DNA of 64,000 nucleotides from an uncultured Gammaproteobacteria bacterium (lineage in GTDB: Bacteria > Pseudomonadota > Gammaproteobacteria > Steroidobacterales > Steroidobacteraceae), in assembly GCA_963745705.1 (NCBI GenBank), contig CAVUYL010000011.1:8535-72534 (forward strand), written 5' to 3'. The position numbers were made by a program, and so were the translations under genes. Below are positions 31,060 through 41,746 of this stretch, in pieces (the stretch's first letter is position 1; every line of letters starts with the position of its first letter). The notes below the pieces were generated by a model. That model made no database searches. It saw nothing but the letters and a program-made list of their open reading frames with translations, and was not told the origin of the DNA.

Positions 31060-33783
31060 ATGCCCCGACAGCGATCGTTCTTGCCGCGCTTCAGCATCTG
31101 CGCTGTCGCACTGGCCGGAGGGCTGACCGTCATCGCGAACTCGGCGGTGGCGCAAACTCCGGCCGCGCCGCCCGCGGCGGAATCGACGCCCCCTGGAAGC
31201 AAGCCAGCACCCGCCGAGACCGACATCGGGCGGGTAAGCACCGGTGCGGGGCAGGGCGAGAATGGGCCCACGCCGGTGGTACCGAGCGCCACGATCAATC
31301 GCGCCGACGCGATCGCGGAAAAGCAGCAGGCGCCCAACCTCATCGATGTGCAGCCATTGAGTGAAATCATCAAGCTTCCGGACATCAACACCGCAGAGGC
31401 CCTGCAGAGAATCCCGGGAATTTCTCTCGAAACCGATAGCGGCGAGGGACGCTTCGTGCACATTCGCGGACTCGATTCCGATCTCAACGGCACGACCTAC
31501 GGCGGCGTGCGCTTGCCCGCCTCCAATCCGTCGTCGCCTTCCGGCGGCGGCCGCGCGGTCGCCTTCGATACGTTTCCCACCGGCGTCATCGGCGGCGTCG
31601 AGCTTACCAAGACCTCGCGGCCCGACATGGACGCGGAGGCACTTGGCGGCTCGATCAATCTCGTGCCGCGGAGCGGCGCCGAACACGGCGGCGCGCCCTT
31701 CATCGATGCCGATCTGGGCAGCGGCTACGAACCGCTGCGCGAGTCGCCGGTGTATCACGCGGAAGTCAGCGCCGGCCGTAGCTTCGATGGCGGCGACGGA
31801 ATTGGCGGCTTGTTTGCCGGGAAAAATGCCTTCAGCGCAGTCGTCACCGCCGTCTATCACGAGGATAAGCGCGGGATCGACGACGTCGAGGAGAGCTACA
31901 CCGACCAGCAGAGCAGCGGCTATCCGGATAAAGTATTGAGCAATTTGCAGTTCCGCCGCTACGAATACCATCGGCGCCGCTACGGTGCCGCGGCCAACTT
32001 CGACGCAAAAGCGAGCGATAGCACGTCGTTGTATTTGCGCGTCCTGTATTCCGGGTACCTGGAGGGCGCCGACAAACACTATCTGGTGCTCAACAACCTC
32101 GACGATTCGTCACAAGGCGGCTGCACGCCGCTGCCGAGTTGCATCCAAGATCCCGGCAATCCGAACGGCTTCATCGCCTCGGGCGCTCAACTGCAACAGC
32201 AGACCACCGATACCTTGGAACGCATTCAAAACGGGCTTGGTGTGGTCGGCGGCAGCAGCATATTCTCGAATTTCAAGCTCGACTATCACGCTTCCTTCGC
32301 GCTCGGTACCGACCGAGTATCCACCAGTTACGGCAGCGTGTGGACCGACCCCAACCCGGTCCCAATCGCGTATGACACCACGACCGATCCGCGCTACCCG
32401 AGGTTTCACACGCTGGATGGGACCAATCCCGCCAATCCGGCCAATTACGCGTTGCAGGAGATCGATCTCGGACCGTCCTACGCCCACGATGGAGAGACGG
32501 CGGCGGCGCTCGACGCCACCATCCCGACGGGGAGCGGTGATCACGCGGGGGAGTGGAAATTCGGCCTCTCGCTGCGCGATCGACATAAGACCAGCGTTGC
32601 CTCATCGCCGGTATTCACGCCTACCGGCACCATTGCGTTGTTGCCCGCGACCTATGGCTCGCCGCAGATCTATTACAACAATCTCTACGATATCGGGCCT
32701 GCGATAAGCCTGCCGTCGGTCCGCACGCTGGCCAACAGCAACTTGGGCACGATGACCGATGATGCGGCCGCCGACGCCGCGTCCAACACCGACGACCGCG
32801 AGAATGTCTTTGCGGGCTACGGCCAATACTCGGCTCGGCTCGGCAAGGTGGGAGTGCTGGCCGGGGTGCGGGTCGAGTCGACGCGCGCCACCTACGGCGG
32901 CAATCTCTACAACAGCGACGCGGACACGAACACACCGACGACCGAGCGGAACTCGTACACGAATTACTTTCCGACCCTGCAGGGCCGCTATGACTTCTTC
33001 GAGAATCTGGTCGGGCGGCTCACCTATTCGACCGGGATCGCCCGTCCGGGTTTCGAGCAGATCACGCCGGGGGCGTCCATCAGCGTGTCGAATGCCGCCG
33101 TGACCGTCGGTAATCCGGCGCTCAAGCCCACGCTCGGTCAAAATTTCGACGCCACCGTGGAATATTATCCGGGCGATGGTCAAGTCGCCGCCCTCGGGTT
33201 GTTCTACAAACAATTTCGCGACTACATCCTCTTGTCGCAGCAGATCGTCTCCGGATACAACTATCCGGGCCTCACCGGCGTCATTACGACGGTTCAGAGC
33301 TACACCAACGGTCCGGCGCACGCGGAGGGCGTTGAGGGCCAGTATCAGCAGCAGTTCAAATTCCTGCCGGCGCCGTTCGACGGCTTCGGCTACAGCGGCA
33401 ACTTCACCTTGGTCGATTCGCGGGCGCAGATTCACCCGGGCATTTACGGTCTTCTGCCGTCCACTTCCAAGGTCACGTGGAATGCGGCGGTCTTTTACGA
33501 GCGCGCGCCGTTCGAGGTGCGAGTGGCGGCCGACTATGTCGGCCAGGATCTGTTCGCCTTCGGCGGTACGATCGGCAATGCCGCCGACGTGTATTCACGC
33601 CACCGGCTAACCCTCGACCTGGGCAGCAGCTATGCCATCGCCCATGAAGTCAAGATCTACTTCGACGCGAAAAATCTGCTGAATACGCCGTTGGAGTTCA
33701 CCGAGGGGACCAGCGATTCACGGCCCATCCAGCGCGAGTTTTACGACATTACGCTGCTCGCCGGCGTGCGTATGAGTTTTTGA
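31060..33783 (+). CDS. TonB-dependent outer-membrane receptor
   Basis: Signal peptide, plug domain (AEALQRIPGISLETDSGEGRFVHIRGL), a long beta-barrel and a C-terminal ...LLAGVRMSF. GGAGGG Shine-Dalgarno before the ATG at 31060. Confidence 0.9.
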   Translation: MPRQRSFLPRFSICAVALAGGLTVIANSAVAQTPAAPPAAESTPPGSKPAPAETDIGRVSTGAGQGENGPTPVVPSATINRADAIAEKQQAPNLIDVQPLSEIIKLPDINTAEALQRIPGISLETDSGEGRFVHIRGLDSDLNGTTYGGVRLPASNPSSPSGGGRAVAFDTFPTGVIGGVELTKTSRPDMDAEALGGSINLVPRSGAEHGGAPFIDADLGSGYEPLRESPVYHAEVSAGRSFDGGDGIGGLFAGKNAFSAVVTAVYHEDKRGIDDVEESYTDQQSSGYPDKVLSNLQFRRYEYHRRRYGAAANFDAKASDSTSLYLRVLYSGYLEGADKHYLVLNNLDDSSQGGCTPLPSCIQDPGNPNGFIASGAQLQQQTTDTLERIQNGLGVVGGSSIFSNFKLDYHASFALGTDRVSTSYGSVWTDPNPVPIAYDTTTDPRYPRFHTLDGTNPANPANYALQEIDLGPSYAHDGETAAALDATIPTGSGDHAGEWKFGLSLRDRHKTSVASSPVFTPTGTIALLPATYGSPQIYYNNLYDIGPAISLPSVRTLANSNLGTMTDDAAADAASNTDDRENVFAGYGQYSARLGKVGVLAGVRVESTRATYGGNLYNSDADTNTPTTERNSYTNYFPTLQGRYDFFENLVGRLTYSTGIARPGFEQITPGASISVSNAAVTVGNPALKPTLGQNFDATVEYYPGDGQVAALGLFYKQFRDYILLSQQIVSGYNYPGLTGVITTVQSYTNGPAHAEGVEGQYQQQFKFLPAPFDGFGYSGNFTLVDSRAQIHPGIYGLLPSTSKVTWNAAVFYERAPFEVRVAADYVGQDLFAFGGTIGNAADVYSRHRLTLDLGSSYAIAHEVKIYFDAKNLLNTPLEFTEGTSDSRPIQREFYDITLLAGVRMSF

Positions 33784-34187
33784 TGCGCAACTGGCCGTCA
33801 CGCCCCCGAAAAGCGCCGCGGATCGAGATCATTCCGATGATCGACGTCATGATGTTCCTGCTGGTCTTTTTCGTGCTCATCAGCTTGAACTCCCTGCCGT
33901 CGAGGGGAGTGAAGGTGGCGCTGCCCTATGCCGCCGACGCGGCGCATCTGGAGGTGCCCAAGCGGGTGACGCTGACGCTCACGGCCGACGGCGAGGTGTA
34001 TCTCGATGGGACTCGAACCGGTCTCGCCGAACTCAGCGAGCAACTGGAGGCGTTGGAACGATCGAATAAGCTCACGGTCATCATCGCCGGCGACCAGAGC
34101 GCGCGGCTGCAGCCGCTGGTCAGCGTGCTGGAAGCGGTGAAGCGTGCGGGAATCGGCTCTGCGTCCATCATTGCCAAGCAGGAATGA
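33783..34187 (+). CDS. exbD: ExbD/TolR biopolymer transport protein
   Basis: IEIIPMIDVMMFLLVFF motif. The start overlaps the receptor stop. Confidence 0.9.
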   Translation: MRNWPSRPRKAPRIEIIPMIDVMMFLLVFFVLISLNSLPSRGVKVALPYAADAAHLEVPKRVTLTLTADGEVYLDGTRTGLAELSEQLEALERSNKLTVIIAGDQSARLQPLVSVLEAVKRAGIGSASIIAKQE

Positions 34188-34876
34188 CGGCAAATCGCGA
34201 GGATTTGGCGCAGATTGCGAGCGACGGCATGGCGCTGGCGCTCACCGGTGCCCTGTTGGCGGCCGTGTTCGCAACCAAGCCCGATTTGTGGCGCAGCTCC
34301 TCGGTGCTGCCGGAGAACACCGGCCAATCGGGCATCGAGGTCTCACTGCAACAGCCTGCGGCGGAAATCCCGCGCGCACCGCCGCCGCCCTTGCCCCGCA
34401 AGTTGCCGACGCATCGCGTGGTGCGGCGGCAACCCACGGAGGAAATGCCGATGCCGGCTGAGCCTGAGCCCGTGCCGGTCGAGCACGATCCCATGCCCGA
34501 GGGAGGCGCGTTGGTCGCATCGTCGGACGCGACGTCGGTTGCCGCGCCGAGTTCCGATGCACGAGCGGATTTGGAGGCCCAATACGCCGCGGGATTGCGC
34601 GCAGACATCGACCGCAGAACGCACCCGCCGGATTCCATTCAGTATCGGCTGCATCGCCCGTCGGGCGAGGTGCGAGTGGGCTTCGTCGTCATGCGCAACG
34701 GCGAACCGACGGTCGTCCGGGTGCTGCGATCCTCGGGATCCTCGATTCTCGATGCAGCGGCCCTGGCAATCGTGGCATCCGGGCACTACCCGCCGATGCC
34801 GGCAAAAATCTTTGCCGGGGAACCGGAACACCCGTTCGCGGTGACGATTGAATTTCGCGCGGTAAGCGAGGCATGA
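34184..34876 (+). CDS. tonB: energy transducer TonB
   Basis: N-terminal TM, Pro-rich spacer (PRAPPPPLPRKLP) and a TonB C-terminal domain. ATGA overlap with exbD. Confidence 0.85.
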   Translation: MTANREDLAQIASDGMALALTGALLAAVFATKPDLWRSSSVLPENTGQSGIEVSLQQPAAEIPRAPPPPLPRKLPTHRVVRRQPTEEMPMPAEPEPVPVEHDPMPEGGALVASSDATSVAAPSSDARADLEAQYAAGLRADIDRRTHPPDSIQYRLHRPSGEVRVGFVVMRNGEPTVVRVLRSSGSSILDAAALAIVASGHYPPMPAKIFAGEPEHPFAVTIEFRAVSEA

Positions 34877-34883
34877 GACAAGA

Positions 34884-35549
34884 ATGAACTATCAGTTATT
34901 CCATACCATTACTTTCAACGTGTTATACGGCAGTATCGGTCTGCTGGTATTTGTCATTCTCGAGCGCGGCATCTATCTTTCCTACCTTGGATGGCGGATG
35001 CAACGTCTGGCAGCGATCATAGGTCGTGCACCGGGGACTGCCGGGCAGGCTATTGGCGGCGTAGCGTGGGCGGATCCGGCAAGCCGCGCGGTCGTGCGCT
35101 ACGCGCAGATGATCGCGGCGGGCGCAACCCGCGAGCGGCAGGAGGATTTCTCCTCCGCATTGTTCATCGGCGTCGACAAGAAAGTCAGCGGCCGGCTTTG
35201 GATACTCGACACCATCGTGACGGCCGCGCCGTTGCTGGGGCTGCTCGGTACGATATTTGGCATCATGGAGACATTCAACGCGCTAGCCGCCGGTGGGGTG
35301 TCGGACTCGGCGGCGGTCAGCCGCGGCATCGGGACCGCGCTGATCGCCACCGCCATAGGAATCGCGACCGCGTTGCTCGGGCTGCTCGGCAACAATGTGC
35401 TGAGCCGCCGCGCCCACGTGCTGATGGAAGACTTCAAGGCGCTGTTGCTGAACCTCTCCGCCGGACACCAGGAGCTTCACGGCGCAGATTCGTCCGTTCA
35501 GGCCGCCTTGCCGACGGCCGTGCTGTCGCGTGGAATGGTCGAACGATAA
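34884..35549 (+). CDS. exbB: MotA/TolQ/ExbB proton channel protein
   Basis: AAPLLGLLGTIFGIMETF and GIGTALIATAIGIATA motifs. Confidence 0.9.
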   Translation: MNYQLFHTITFNVLYGSIGLLVFVILERGIYLSYLGWRMQRLAAIIGRAPGTAGQAIGGVAWADPASRAVVRYAQMIAAGATRERQEDFSSALFIGVDKKVSGRLWILDTIVTAAPLLGLLGTIFGIMETFNALAAGGVSDSAAVSRGIGTALIATAIGIATALLGLLGNNVLSRRAHVLMEDFKALLLNLSAGHQELHGADSSVQAALPTAVLSRGMVER

Positions 35550-36466
35550 ATCTTTGCGCCGGTGAAGTCGCGAAACTCAAGGGTGAGCGAATCCGGACGC
35601 GATCGCACCGCCGCGAAGCCCGACTGGGCCGCGCAGAACCGCGTACCTTCAATGGCTCCTACGGGCCGGACCTCGGAACCCGCCCCGCAACAGACATAGT
35701 CGACGCCGCCGCGGCGCAGGTGCTGCAGGTCGTGATCGTGGCCGTTGAAGTAAGCCTGCACGTGGTGCTTGCGGAGCAGGGGTTCGACGAGCTCCTTGGT
35801 TTCCGGCGTGTCTCCGTGGCCGCTCCCGCCCGAGTAGATGGTGTGATGGCCGATCACCAATTTCCAGGCTGCCGCAGACTGGCCCAATTGCTCGTCGAGC
35901 CAGCGCAGCTGCGCCGGCACATCCTGGCTCGCGACGTTCTGGGCGATCGCACTGTGCACTTTGTCGCGGTACTGGTGAACGAGGGGCGACGTGTCGATCA
36001 CGAAAAGATCGACATGGGGCGCGCCGATGTCGGTGCCCGCCACCTTGTAGAAGCGGCTCGGCATGCGCCAGCGCATGCTGCTCTTCGCATAGTCGATTTG
36101 AGCTTGCGGGACGCCCCGATAGTCGTGGTTACCGAGGGCAACGTACCACGGAACTTGCAGGGACGGTGCCGTATAGATTTCCTCGAACGATGAGCGCCAC
36201 TGCGGGTCGGAGGTTGACTTGACACCATCCTCATAGAAATTATCGCCCACCGAGATCACGCACCGGCTGCCAAGGCTGATCGCGGCTTTACCCATTTGCG
36301 CAGCCACTTCACGCTGGTGGCTCGCGCCGTCCCGCCCCCAGTCCCCCACGACCAGAAAATCGAGGGTCGCCGCCGGCAGGGCGCCGAGCGCCGGGAGTGC
36401 GGTCAATGTCGCCGATGCGGCGATCGAAGCGAGTACTTCGCGGCGGTTCAGCAGGATGTCGTGCAT
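35498..36466 (-). CDS. Tat-exported purple acid phosphatase / metallophosphoesterase
   Basis: Twin-arginine-like NRREVLASIAA signal and metallophosphatase motifs GDWG, GDNFY and GNHDY. Confidence 0.85.
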   Translation of the reverse strand: MHDILLNRREVLASIAASATLTALPALGALPAATLDFLVVGDWGRDGASHQREVAAQMGKAAISLGSRCVISVGDNFYEDGVKSTSDPQWRSSFEEIYTAPSLQVPWYVALGNHDYRGVPQAQIDYAKSSMRWRMPSRFYKVAGTDIGAPHVDLFVIDTSPLVHQYRDKVHSAIAQNVASQDVPAQLRWLDEQLGQSAAAWKLVIGHHTIYSGGSGHGDTPETKELVEPLLRKHHVQAYFNGHDHDLQHLRRGGVDYVCCGAGSEVRPVGAIEGTRFCAAQSGFAAVRSRPDSLTLEFRDFTGAKIYRSTIPRDSTAVGKAA

Positions 36467-36610
36467 AGGTCCCCACCCGGTGGTTTTGCGATTTCAACGC
36501 GCCATCGCCGACATACTGTGATGCGCACATTGCGCTAGTATTTCAATGGGGCGGCGGCGGAACGAATGCTGCCGCGAACGGTCCCAAATATTCCGCGGAG
36601 GATAGAAGAT

Positions 36611-37060
36611 ATGCGAAGCTACGGTAAAAGCCCCGAAAATATTTCCAAGCTCTCGCCGGAGCAGTATCGGGTCACGCAGCTCGGTGACACCGAGGCCCCC
36701 GGTACCGGCAAGTATCTGAATAATAAGGAGCCCGGCATCTACGTCGACATCGTATCGGGCGAGCCGTTATTCGCCTCGGCGGACAAATTCGACTCCGGGT
36801 GCGGCTGGCCGAGCTTCACCAAGCCCATCGAGCGCGCCAACGTCAGCGAATTGACGGACCGCACCCACGGCATGATCCGGACCGAAGTGCGCTCCGCACA
36901 CGGCGACAGTCATCTGGGTCACGTGTTCCCCGACGGTCCTGCGGACCGGGGGGGACTGCGCTACTGTATCAACTCAGCGTCGCTGCGGTTCATCCGCCGC
37001 GACGACATGGCGGCGGAGGGCTACGCGGCCTATCTGGATCAGGTGGAGGATGTCCAATGA
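36611..37060 (+). CDS. msrB: peptide-methionine (R)-S-oxide reductase
   Basis: SelR motifs GCGWPSF and RYCINS. GGAGGA Shine-Dalgarno. Confidence 0.9.
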   Translation: MRSYGKSPENISKLSPEQYRVTQLGDTEAPGTGKYLNNKEPGIYVDIVSGEPLFASADKFDSGCGWPSFTKPIERANVSELTDRTHGMIRTEVRSAHGDSHLGHVFPDGPADRGGLRYCINSASLRFIRRDDMAAEGYAAYLDQVEDVQ

Positions 37061-37599
37061 GTAAGGAACGCGCGGTGCTTGCCGGTGGCTGCTTCTGGGG
37101 AATGCAGGATCTGTTTCGCCGTCACGAGGGCGTGCTGTCGACGCGGGTTGGCTACTCGGGTGGTGATGTGCCCAATGCGACATACCGCAATCACGGAACC
37201 CATGCCGAAGCGATCGAGATCATCTTCGATCCCGCCAAAGTGAGCTATCGGCAAATTCTCGAATTCTTCTTTCAGATCCACGATCCGGGCACGCGCAACC
37301 GGCAGGGTAACGATGTCGGCACGAGCTATCGATCAGCGATTTTCTACACCACCGATGAACAGCGGCGCGTCGCCGAAGACACGATCGCCGATGTCGATGC
37401 GTCGGGGCTGTGGCCACGCAAGGTGGTCACCGAGATCTCTCCTGCCGGCGATTTTTGGGAAGCGGAGCCCGACCACCAGGACTACCTCGAGCGGTATCCG
37501 GACGGCTACACCTGTCATTTCGTGCGGCCCAATTGGAGGTTGCCGGTGAGACAGAGCGCCGCTCCGGCGCAAGCGCGGCAGGCAAACCGGTCCCAGTAG
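37057..37599 (+). CDS. msrA: peptide-methionine (S)-S-oxide reductase
   Basis: GGCFWG active-site motif. ATGA overlap with msrB. Confidence 0.9.
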   Translation: MSKERAVLAGGCFWGMQDLFRRHEGVLSTRVGYSGGDVPNATYRNHGTHAEAIEIIFDPAKVSYRQILEFFFQIHDPGTRNRQGNDVGTSYRSAIFYTTDEQRRVAEDTIADVDASGLWPRKVVTEISPAGDFWEAEPDHQDYLERYPDGYTCHFVRPNWRLPVRQSAAPAQARQANRSQ

Positions 37600-37651
37600 T
37601 CACGATCGCGCGGCAGGTAACGGTTCGGCGCGCGCAACACCGCCAGCTGGC

Positions 37652-39559
37652 ATGCCCCCAGAAGTCCCAGTGTTGGATTTGATCGCCGTGGGTCGTTCCA
37701 GTGTCGACCTCTACGGTGAACAGGTCGGCGGCCGCCTGGAAAACATGGCATCGTTCGCGAAGTACATCGGCGGCAGCCCGACCAACACCGCCTGCGGCGG
37801 TGCGCGGCTTGGCCTCAAGACCGGACTGTTGACGCGTGTAGGCGCCGATCATATGGGCCGGTTCATTCGCGAGCAGCTTGCCGCGGAGGGCGTCGACGTC
37901 ACGGGTGTGATCTCCGATCCGGACAGGCTGACTGCGCTCGTCATACTGGGCATCCGCGATCGAAATTCCTTCCCGCTGATCTTCTTCCGGGAAAATTGCG
38001 CGGACATGGCAATTTCCGAGGCTGACCTGGATGCGGCTTGGTTGGCCTCCGCGCACGCACTGCTCATCAATGGCACGCACTTGTCGCAACCATCGGTGTA
38101 TGCGGCAAGCCGCGCCGCCGCCGAGATCGTCAAGAAGGCCGGCGGCCGCGTGGTGTTCGATATCGATTACCGGCCGGTCCTCTGGGGGCTGGCGAGCCGC
38201 GACCGCGGCGAGGATCGGTTTGTCGTGAGTTCCGCGGTGACGCAGCGGCTTCAAGAGATCATCCCGCTGTGCGATCTGATCGTCGGCACCGAAGAGGAGA
38301 TCCATATCCTGGGGGGTTCGATCGACACGATCACGGCATTGAAGGGCATTCGTGCACGCTCCGACGCGTTGCTCGTCTGCAAGCGCGGGCCACAGGGCTG
38401 TGCGGCATTCCCTGGCGCGGTGCCCGATGATCTCGATCAAGGCGTGAACGGCGCGGGTTTTGGCGTCGAGGTATTCAACGTCCTGGGGGCGGGAGACGCT
38501 TTCATGGCGGGGTTTCTCCGCGGCTGGCTGCGCGGCGAGCCGCTCGAGCGCTGCTGCGAGTGGGGCAACGCCTGCGGCGCGATCGTCGTGTCGCGCCATG
38601 GGTGTGCTCCGGCCATGCCGACGTGGCCGGAGCTGCAGAACTTCCTCGCCAAGTCGAATCGCCCGCATCGCCTGCGGGACGACGTCGAACTGGAGCACAT
38701 TCATTGGGCGACGACACGGCGCGGCAAGTATGACGCGCTGATGGTGCTGGCCATCGATCACCGTACTCAGTTCGAAGACTTGGCCCGGGAAGCAGGCGCA
38801 GATACTCGGCTGATCGGCGCGTTCAAGGCGTTGGCGCTCCGTGCCGTCGAATCAGTCGCTGCGGGAGATAGCCGTTTCGGCTTGCTGGTTGATGGCCGCC
38901 ATGGTTTTGACGTGCTGGCGCGAGCCGCCGATTCGCCCTATTGGATCGGCCGGCCGATCGAGATTCCCCAGTCCCGTCCGATCGAGTTCGAGAGTACGCC
39001 CGACGTCGCGGCGGAAATTGCGCAGTGGCCGCGCAACCAGGTGGTGAAATGTCTCGTAACGTATCACCCCGATGATGACCTGGGATTGCGCGACCGTCAG
39101 GAGCGGCAGCTTGCGCGGCTGTATGATGCCTGTCGCAAGACGGGCCACGAGTTCCTGCTGGAGGTCATCGCACCCAAGGATAGTGAGGTCGCGGTGGATA
39201 CCATGGCGCGTGTGATCCGGCGCATGTACGCGATCGGCGTGCGGCCGGACTGGTGGAAGCTGGCTCCCGCAGCCGATGCGGCAACTTGGGCAGAGATCGA
39301 GGCTGCAGTTGGCGAGAATGACCGCTGGTGCCGCGGCGTGCTGCTGCTCGGCCTGTCCGTGCCGGAAGCCGACTTGATCGCCGCATTTGCAATCGCCGCG
39401 CCGTTCGCGATCGTCAAAGGGTTTGCGGTAGGGCGTACGATTTTCCACGCAGCCGCACGCCATTGGTTCGCGCGCCGTATCGATGACGCGGCCGCCGTCG
39501 ACGCGCTTGCCGGCGCGTTCTCGCGGCTCGCGCAGGCATGGCAGCAGCTACGGGGCTGA
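37652..39559 (+). CDS. iolC: fused 5-dehydro-2-deoxygluconokinase (PfkB family) and DUF2090/aldolase-like protein
   Basis: N-terminal PfkB ribokinase-like domain (VLGAGDAFMAGFL) fused to a C-terminal region of about 300 aa, as in long IolC proteins. Confidence 0.8.
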   Translation: MPPEVPVLDLIAVGRSSVDLYGEQVGGRLENMASFAKYIGGSPTNTACGGARLGLKTGLLTRVGADHMGRFIREQLAAEGVDVTGVISDPDRLTALVILGIRDRNSFPLIFFRENCADMAISEADLDAAWLASAHALLINGTHLSQPSVYAASRAAAEIVKKAGGRVVFDIDYRPVLWGLASRDRGEDRFVVSSAVTQRLQEIIPLCDLIVGTEEEIHILGGSIDTITALKGIRARSDALLVCKRGPQGCAAFPGAVPDDLDQGVNGAGFGVEVFNVLGAGDAFMAGFLRGWLRGEPLERCCEWGNACGAIVVSRHGCAPAMPTWPELQNFLAKSNRPHRLRDDVELEHIHWATTRRGKYDALMVLAIDHRTQFEDLAREAGADTRLIGAFKALALRAVESVAAGDSRFGLLVDGRHGFDVLARAADSPYWIGRPIEIPQSRPIEFESTPDVAAEIAQWPRNQVVKCLVTYHPDDDLGLRDRQERQLARLYDACRKTGHEFLLEVIAPKDSEVAVDTMARVIRRMYAIGVRPDWWKLAPAADAATWAEIEAAVGENDRWCRGVLLLGLSVPEADLIAAFAIAAPFAIVKGFAVGRTIFHAAARHWFARRIDDAAAVDALAGAFSRLAQAWQQLRG

Positions 39560-39585
39560 TGGCATCGCGAGCTGACCGCGGGCGC

Positions 39586-40416
39586 TCATAGCGCCGCGGT
39601 TTCCGCTCGCGCGCCCAAGGACAGGATTTCGCTGATCTTGACGCGGTCCGTGCGGTCCTTCTCCCACTCGTTCAGAGTCAATCCGTAGGATTCAAACAAC
39701 TCCCGAATGCCGCCGGTGCGCCAGTGCAGCAGCTGATCGAGGATGGGCACCATGATGCTGAACGCGTTGTCGCTCAGCACCGTGCTCTTGGCGATCCGCG
39801 CCAGCTGTTTGTTTTCGGACACGGCAATCGTGAATCCGTCATGGTTGTTGACATGCAGCATCACGTGCACGTCGGAACTGCCGTCGCCCACATAGATCAT
39901 GCGATCGGGTGCGACTCCCAGTCGATGCTGCAGCTCCTCGATCACCGCGACCTTGCCGTAGCCGGCGGGAACGCGCTTGATGGCACGAACTTCCCCCGAT
40001 CGCGCATCGAAGTCGAGTTCAGTGCCGTAGATGTGCTCGGGAGGAATCACGCCGGCCAGCGCTGAGATGACAATCTCGCGCGGTGCCGCAGATATGATGA
40101 AAAAGGAAAAGCGATAGCCTTCTGTACCCCGCTCCATGAAGTCCGCCAACGCCGGGATCGCACTCTTCAGGCGCACGCGACGCCCGGCCTCGATCAGATG
40201 TTCGCGCCGGACGCCGCGAAATTCAGGATCGTGCCGGATCAAATAGGCGAGCTCGCCGCCCTGCTGCACGAGATTGCTCCGGGCAAGGCCGGCAACTCGC
40301 TCTTCAAAGCCGGAAATGCCGAGCAGCTCGGCCAGAACCACTCCCGAATCCTTGAAACTCAAGGTTTGGTCGAAGTCTGAGGCGAGCAAGTAGTGCTTGT
40401 GCGGTGTGTCGGTCAT
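39586..40416 (-). CDS. HAD-superfamily hydrolase (subfamily IB-like)
   Basis: DFDQT nucleophile motif and a distal GDGSSD motif. AGGAGA Shine-Dalgarno before the ATG at 40416. Confidence 0.8.
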   Translation of the reverse strand: MTDTPHKHYLLASDFDQTLSFKDSGVVLAELLGISGFEERVAGLARSNLVQQGGELAYLIRHDPEFRGVRREHLIEAGRRVRLKSAIPALADFMERGTEGYRFSFFIISAAPREIVISALAGVIPPEHIYGTELDFDARSGEVRAIKRVPAGYGKVAVIEELQHRLGVAPDRMIYVGDGSSDVHVMLHVNNHDGFTIAVSENKQLARIAKSTVLSDNAFSIMVPILDQLLHWRTGGIRELFESYGLTLNEWEKDRTDRVKISEILSLGARAETAAL

Positions 40417-40576
40417 TGGCGAATCTCCTACCCCATGATCAAGCATTCGTCGAGAGATGTCAGATGATAAATACTCCCGTCCCGTTCAATTCTTCTCATC
40501 CTCGACCGAGAAGAACTGTGACGCGGGTAGTGCCTCCCCACCGAGGCACGGTGTAGCCGACGGTTGGTTGATCCGG

Positions 40577-41746
40577 TTATGGCGGTGGATTCTTCGAGAA
40601 ATAAATCGCGGCCACTTCGTCGGCAATTCGCTCCGGTTGCGCCTGCGCGAGATTCGTCAGCACCACGACGGTGAGTCCATCATCCACGTAGCGAGAAATT
40701 TGGGTCTCGAAGCCCTGCCATTGGCCTTCATGCTCGACCACGTGATGGCCCTGCTTGTTGCCGATGAACCAGCCATAGCCATAATGGCCGGCGTTCGGCT
40801 TTCCGTCCCGCAGCGCCGCCACGCGCCACATCTGCTGCAGGCTCGCGCGCCTGAGAAGTTTTTCCGTATAGAGTGCGGCATCCCACTTGGCGAGATCCAG
40901 AACTGAAAAATACAAGCTGCCGTCCGCGGTCGTATTCAACAGAGGGGAAACCCATTCCTGGTTCTTCAGCTGGCCGCCGACCCAGCGGTATCCGGCGGAC
41001 CTATTCGGGATTATGTCTGCCTCACTGATGATGCGCGTGGTGGACATGTCCAGCGGCTTGAATATTCTCCGTTGCAGGAAGTCTCCGTAGAACTCGCCCG
41101 TTACCCGATGGATGAGAATTCCGAGCGTCAGATAACCTAGATTGCTGTAGCTCCATTTCGTACCCGGTGCGTAAGCGGGAGGAATCGCGCCGACAATTTT
41201 CAGGAGATCCTCCTCGCTATAGTCCTTGCGCATGTCGAAATCGTCCGGATAGTCCGTGAAACCGCCGGTATGGCTCAGGAGCTCGCGAACCGTCACGTCC
41301 TTCCACCAGGCCGGCGCCTCCGGGAAAAATCGGGTGAGCGGATCTTCCAGCCCGACTTTGCCGGCCTCGACCAGCATCATCACGGCCGTCGCCGTGAATT
41401 GCTTGCCCACCGATCCCGATTGAAAGATCGTCTCGGGCTTCACCGCGACCTGCAATTCGACGTTGGACAGGCCGTACCCTTCGGCCCGTATCGGCTGGCC
41501 GTTGCGTGACACCAAGAGGGCCACGCCGGGGATATGCTGTTTTTGCATCTCGGCGCGCACGAGGCGGGCAACAGCGTCGGCGGGCGGATCCGTGTCGGCC
41601 CGCGGATCCGCGTCGGCGAGCGGCAGCGCCATGAGGCAGGCAATGCCCAGGGTCGCCAGTTGTAAATTCTTCAAGCTAGGCTCTCTATGCGGTCGCTGTT
41701 GTGACCGTCGGGCGTGCGTGCGAAACTCAAGATATGCGCTCTCCAT
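40577..41746 (-). CDS. serine hydrolase of the class C beta-lactamase / PBP family
   Basis: SxxK motif SGSVGK, YSN motif (WSYSNLGY) and a signal peptide. The true start may be the TTG near 41674. Confidence 0.85.
   Translation of the reverse strand: MESAYLEFRTHARRSQQRPHREPSLKNLQLATLGIACLMALPLADADPRADTDPPADAVARLVRAEMQKQHIPGVALLVSRNGQPIRAEGYGLSNVELQVAVKPETIFQSGSVGKQFTATAVMMLVEAGKVGLEDPLTRFFPEAPAWWKDVTVRELLSHTGGFTDYPDDFDMRKDYSEEDLLKIVGAIPPAYAPGTKWSYSNLGYLTLGILIHRVTGEFYGDFLQRRIFKPLDMSTTRIISEADIIPNRSAGYRWVGGQLKNQEWVSPLLNTTADGSLYFSVLDLAKWDAALYTEKLLRRASLQQMWRVAALRDGKPNAGHYGYGWFIGNKQGHHVVEHEGQWQGFETQISRYVDDGLTVVVLTNLAQAQPERIADEVAAIYFSKNPPP

Noticed and set aside
37427-38761. 444-aa minus-strand ORF opposite iolC. 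Similar shadow ORFs lie opposite the catalase (44016-45278), P450 (60822-62111), FAAL (59977-60987) and the two TonB receptor genes (30934-32079 and 48298-49269)
   Set aside because: All are antisense to genes with strong family signatures and show the compositional bias of non-coding frames in GC-rich DNA.
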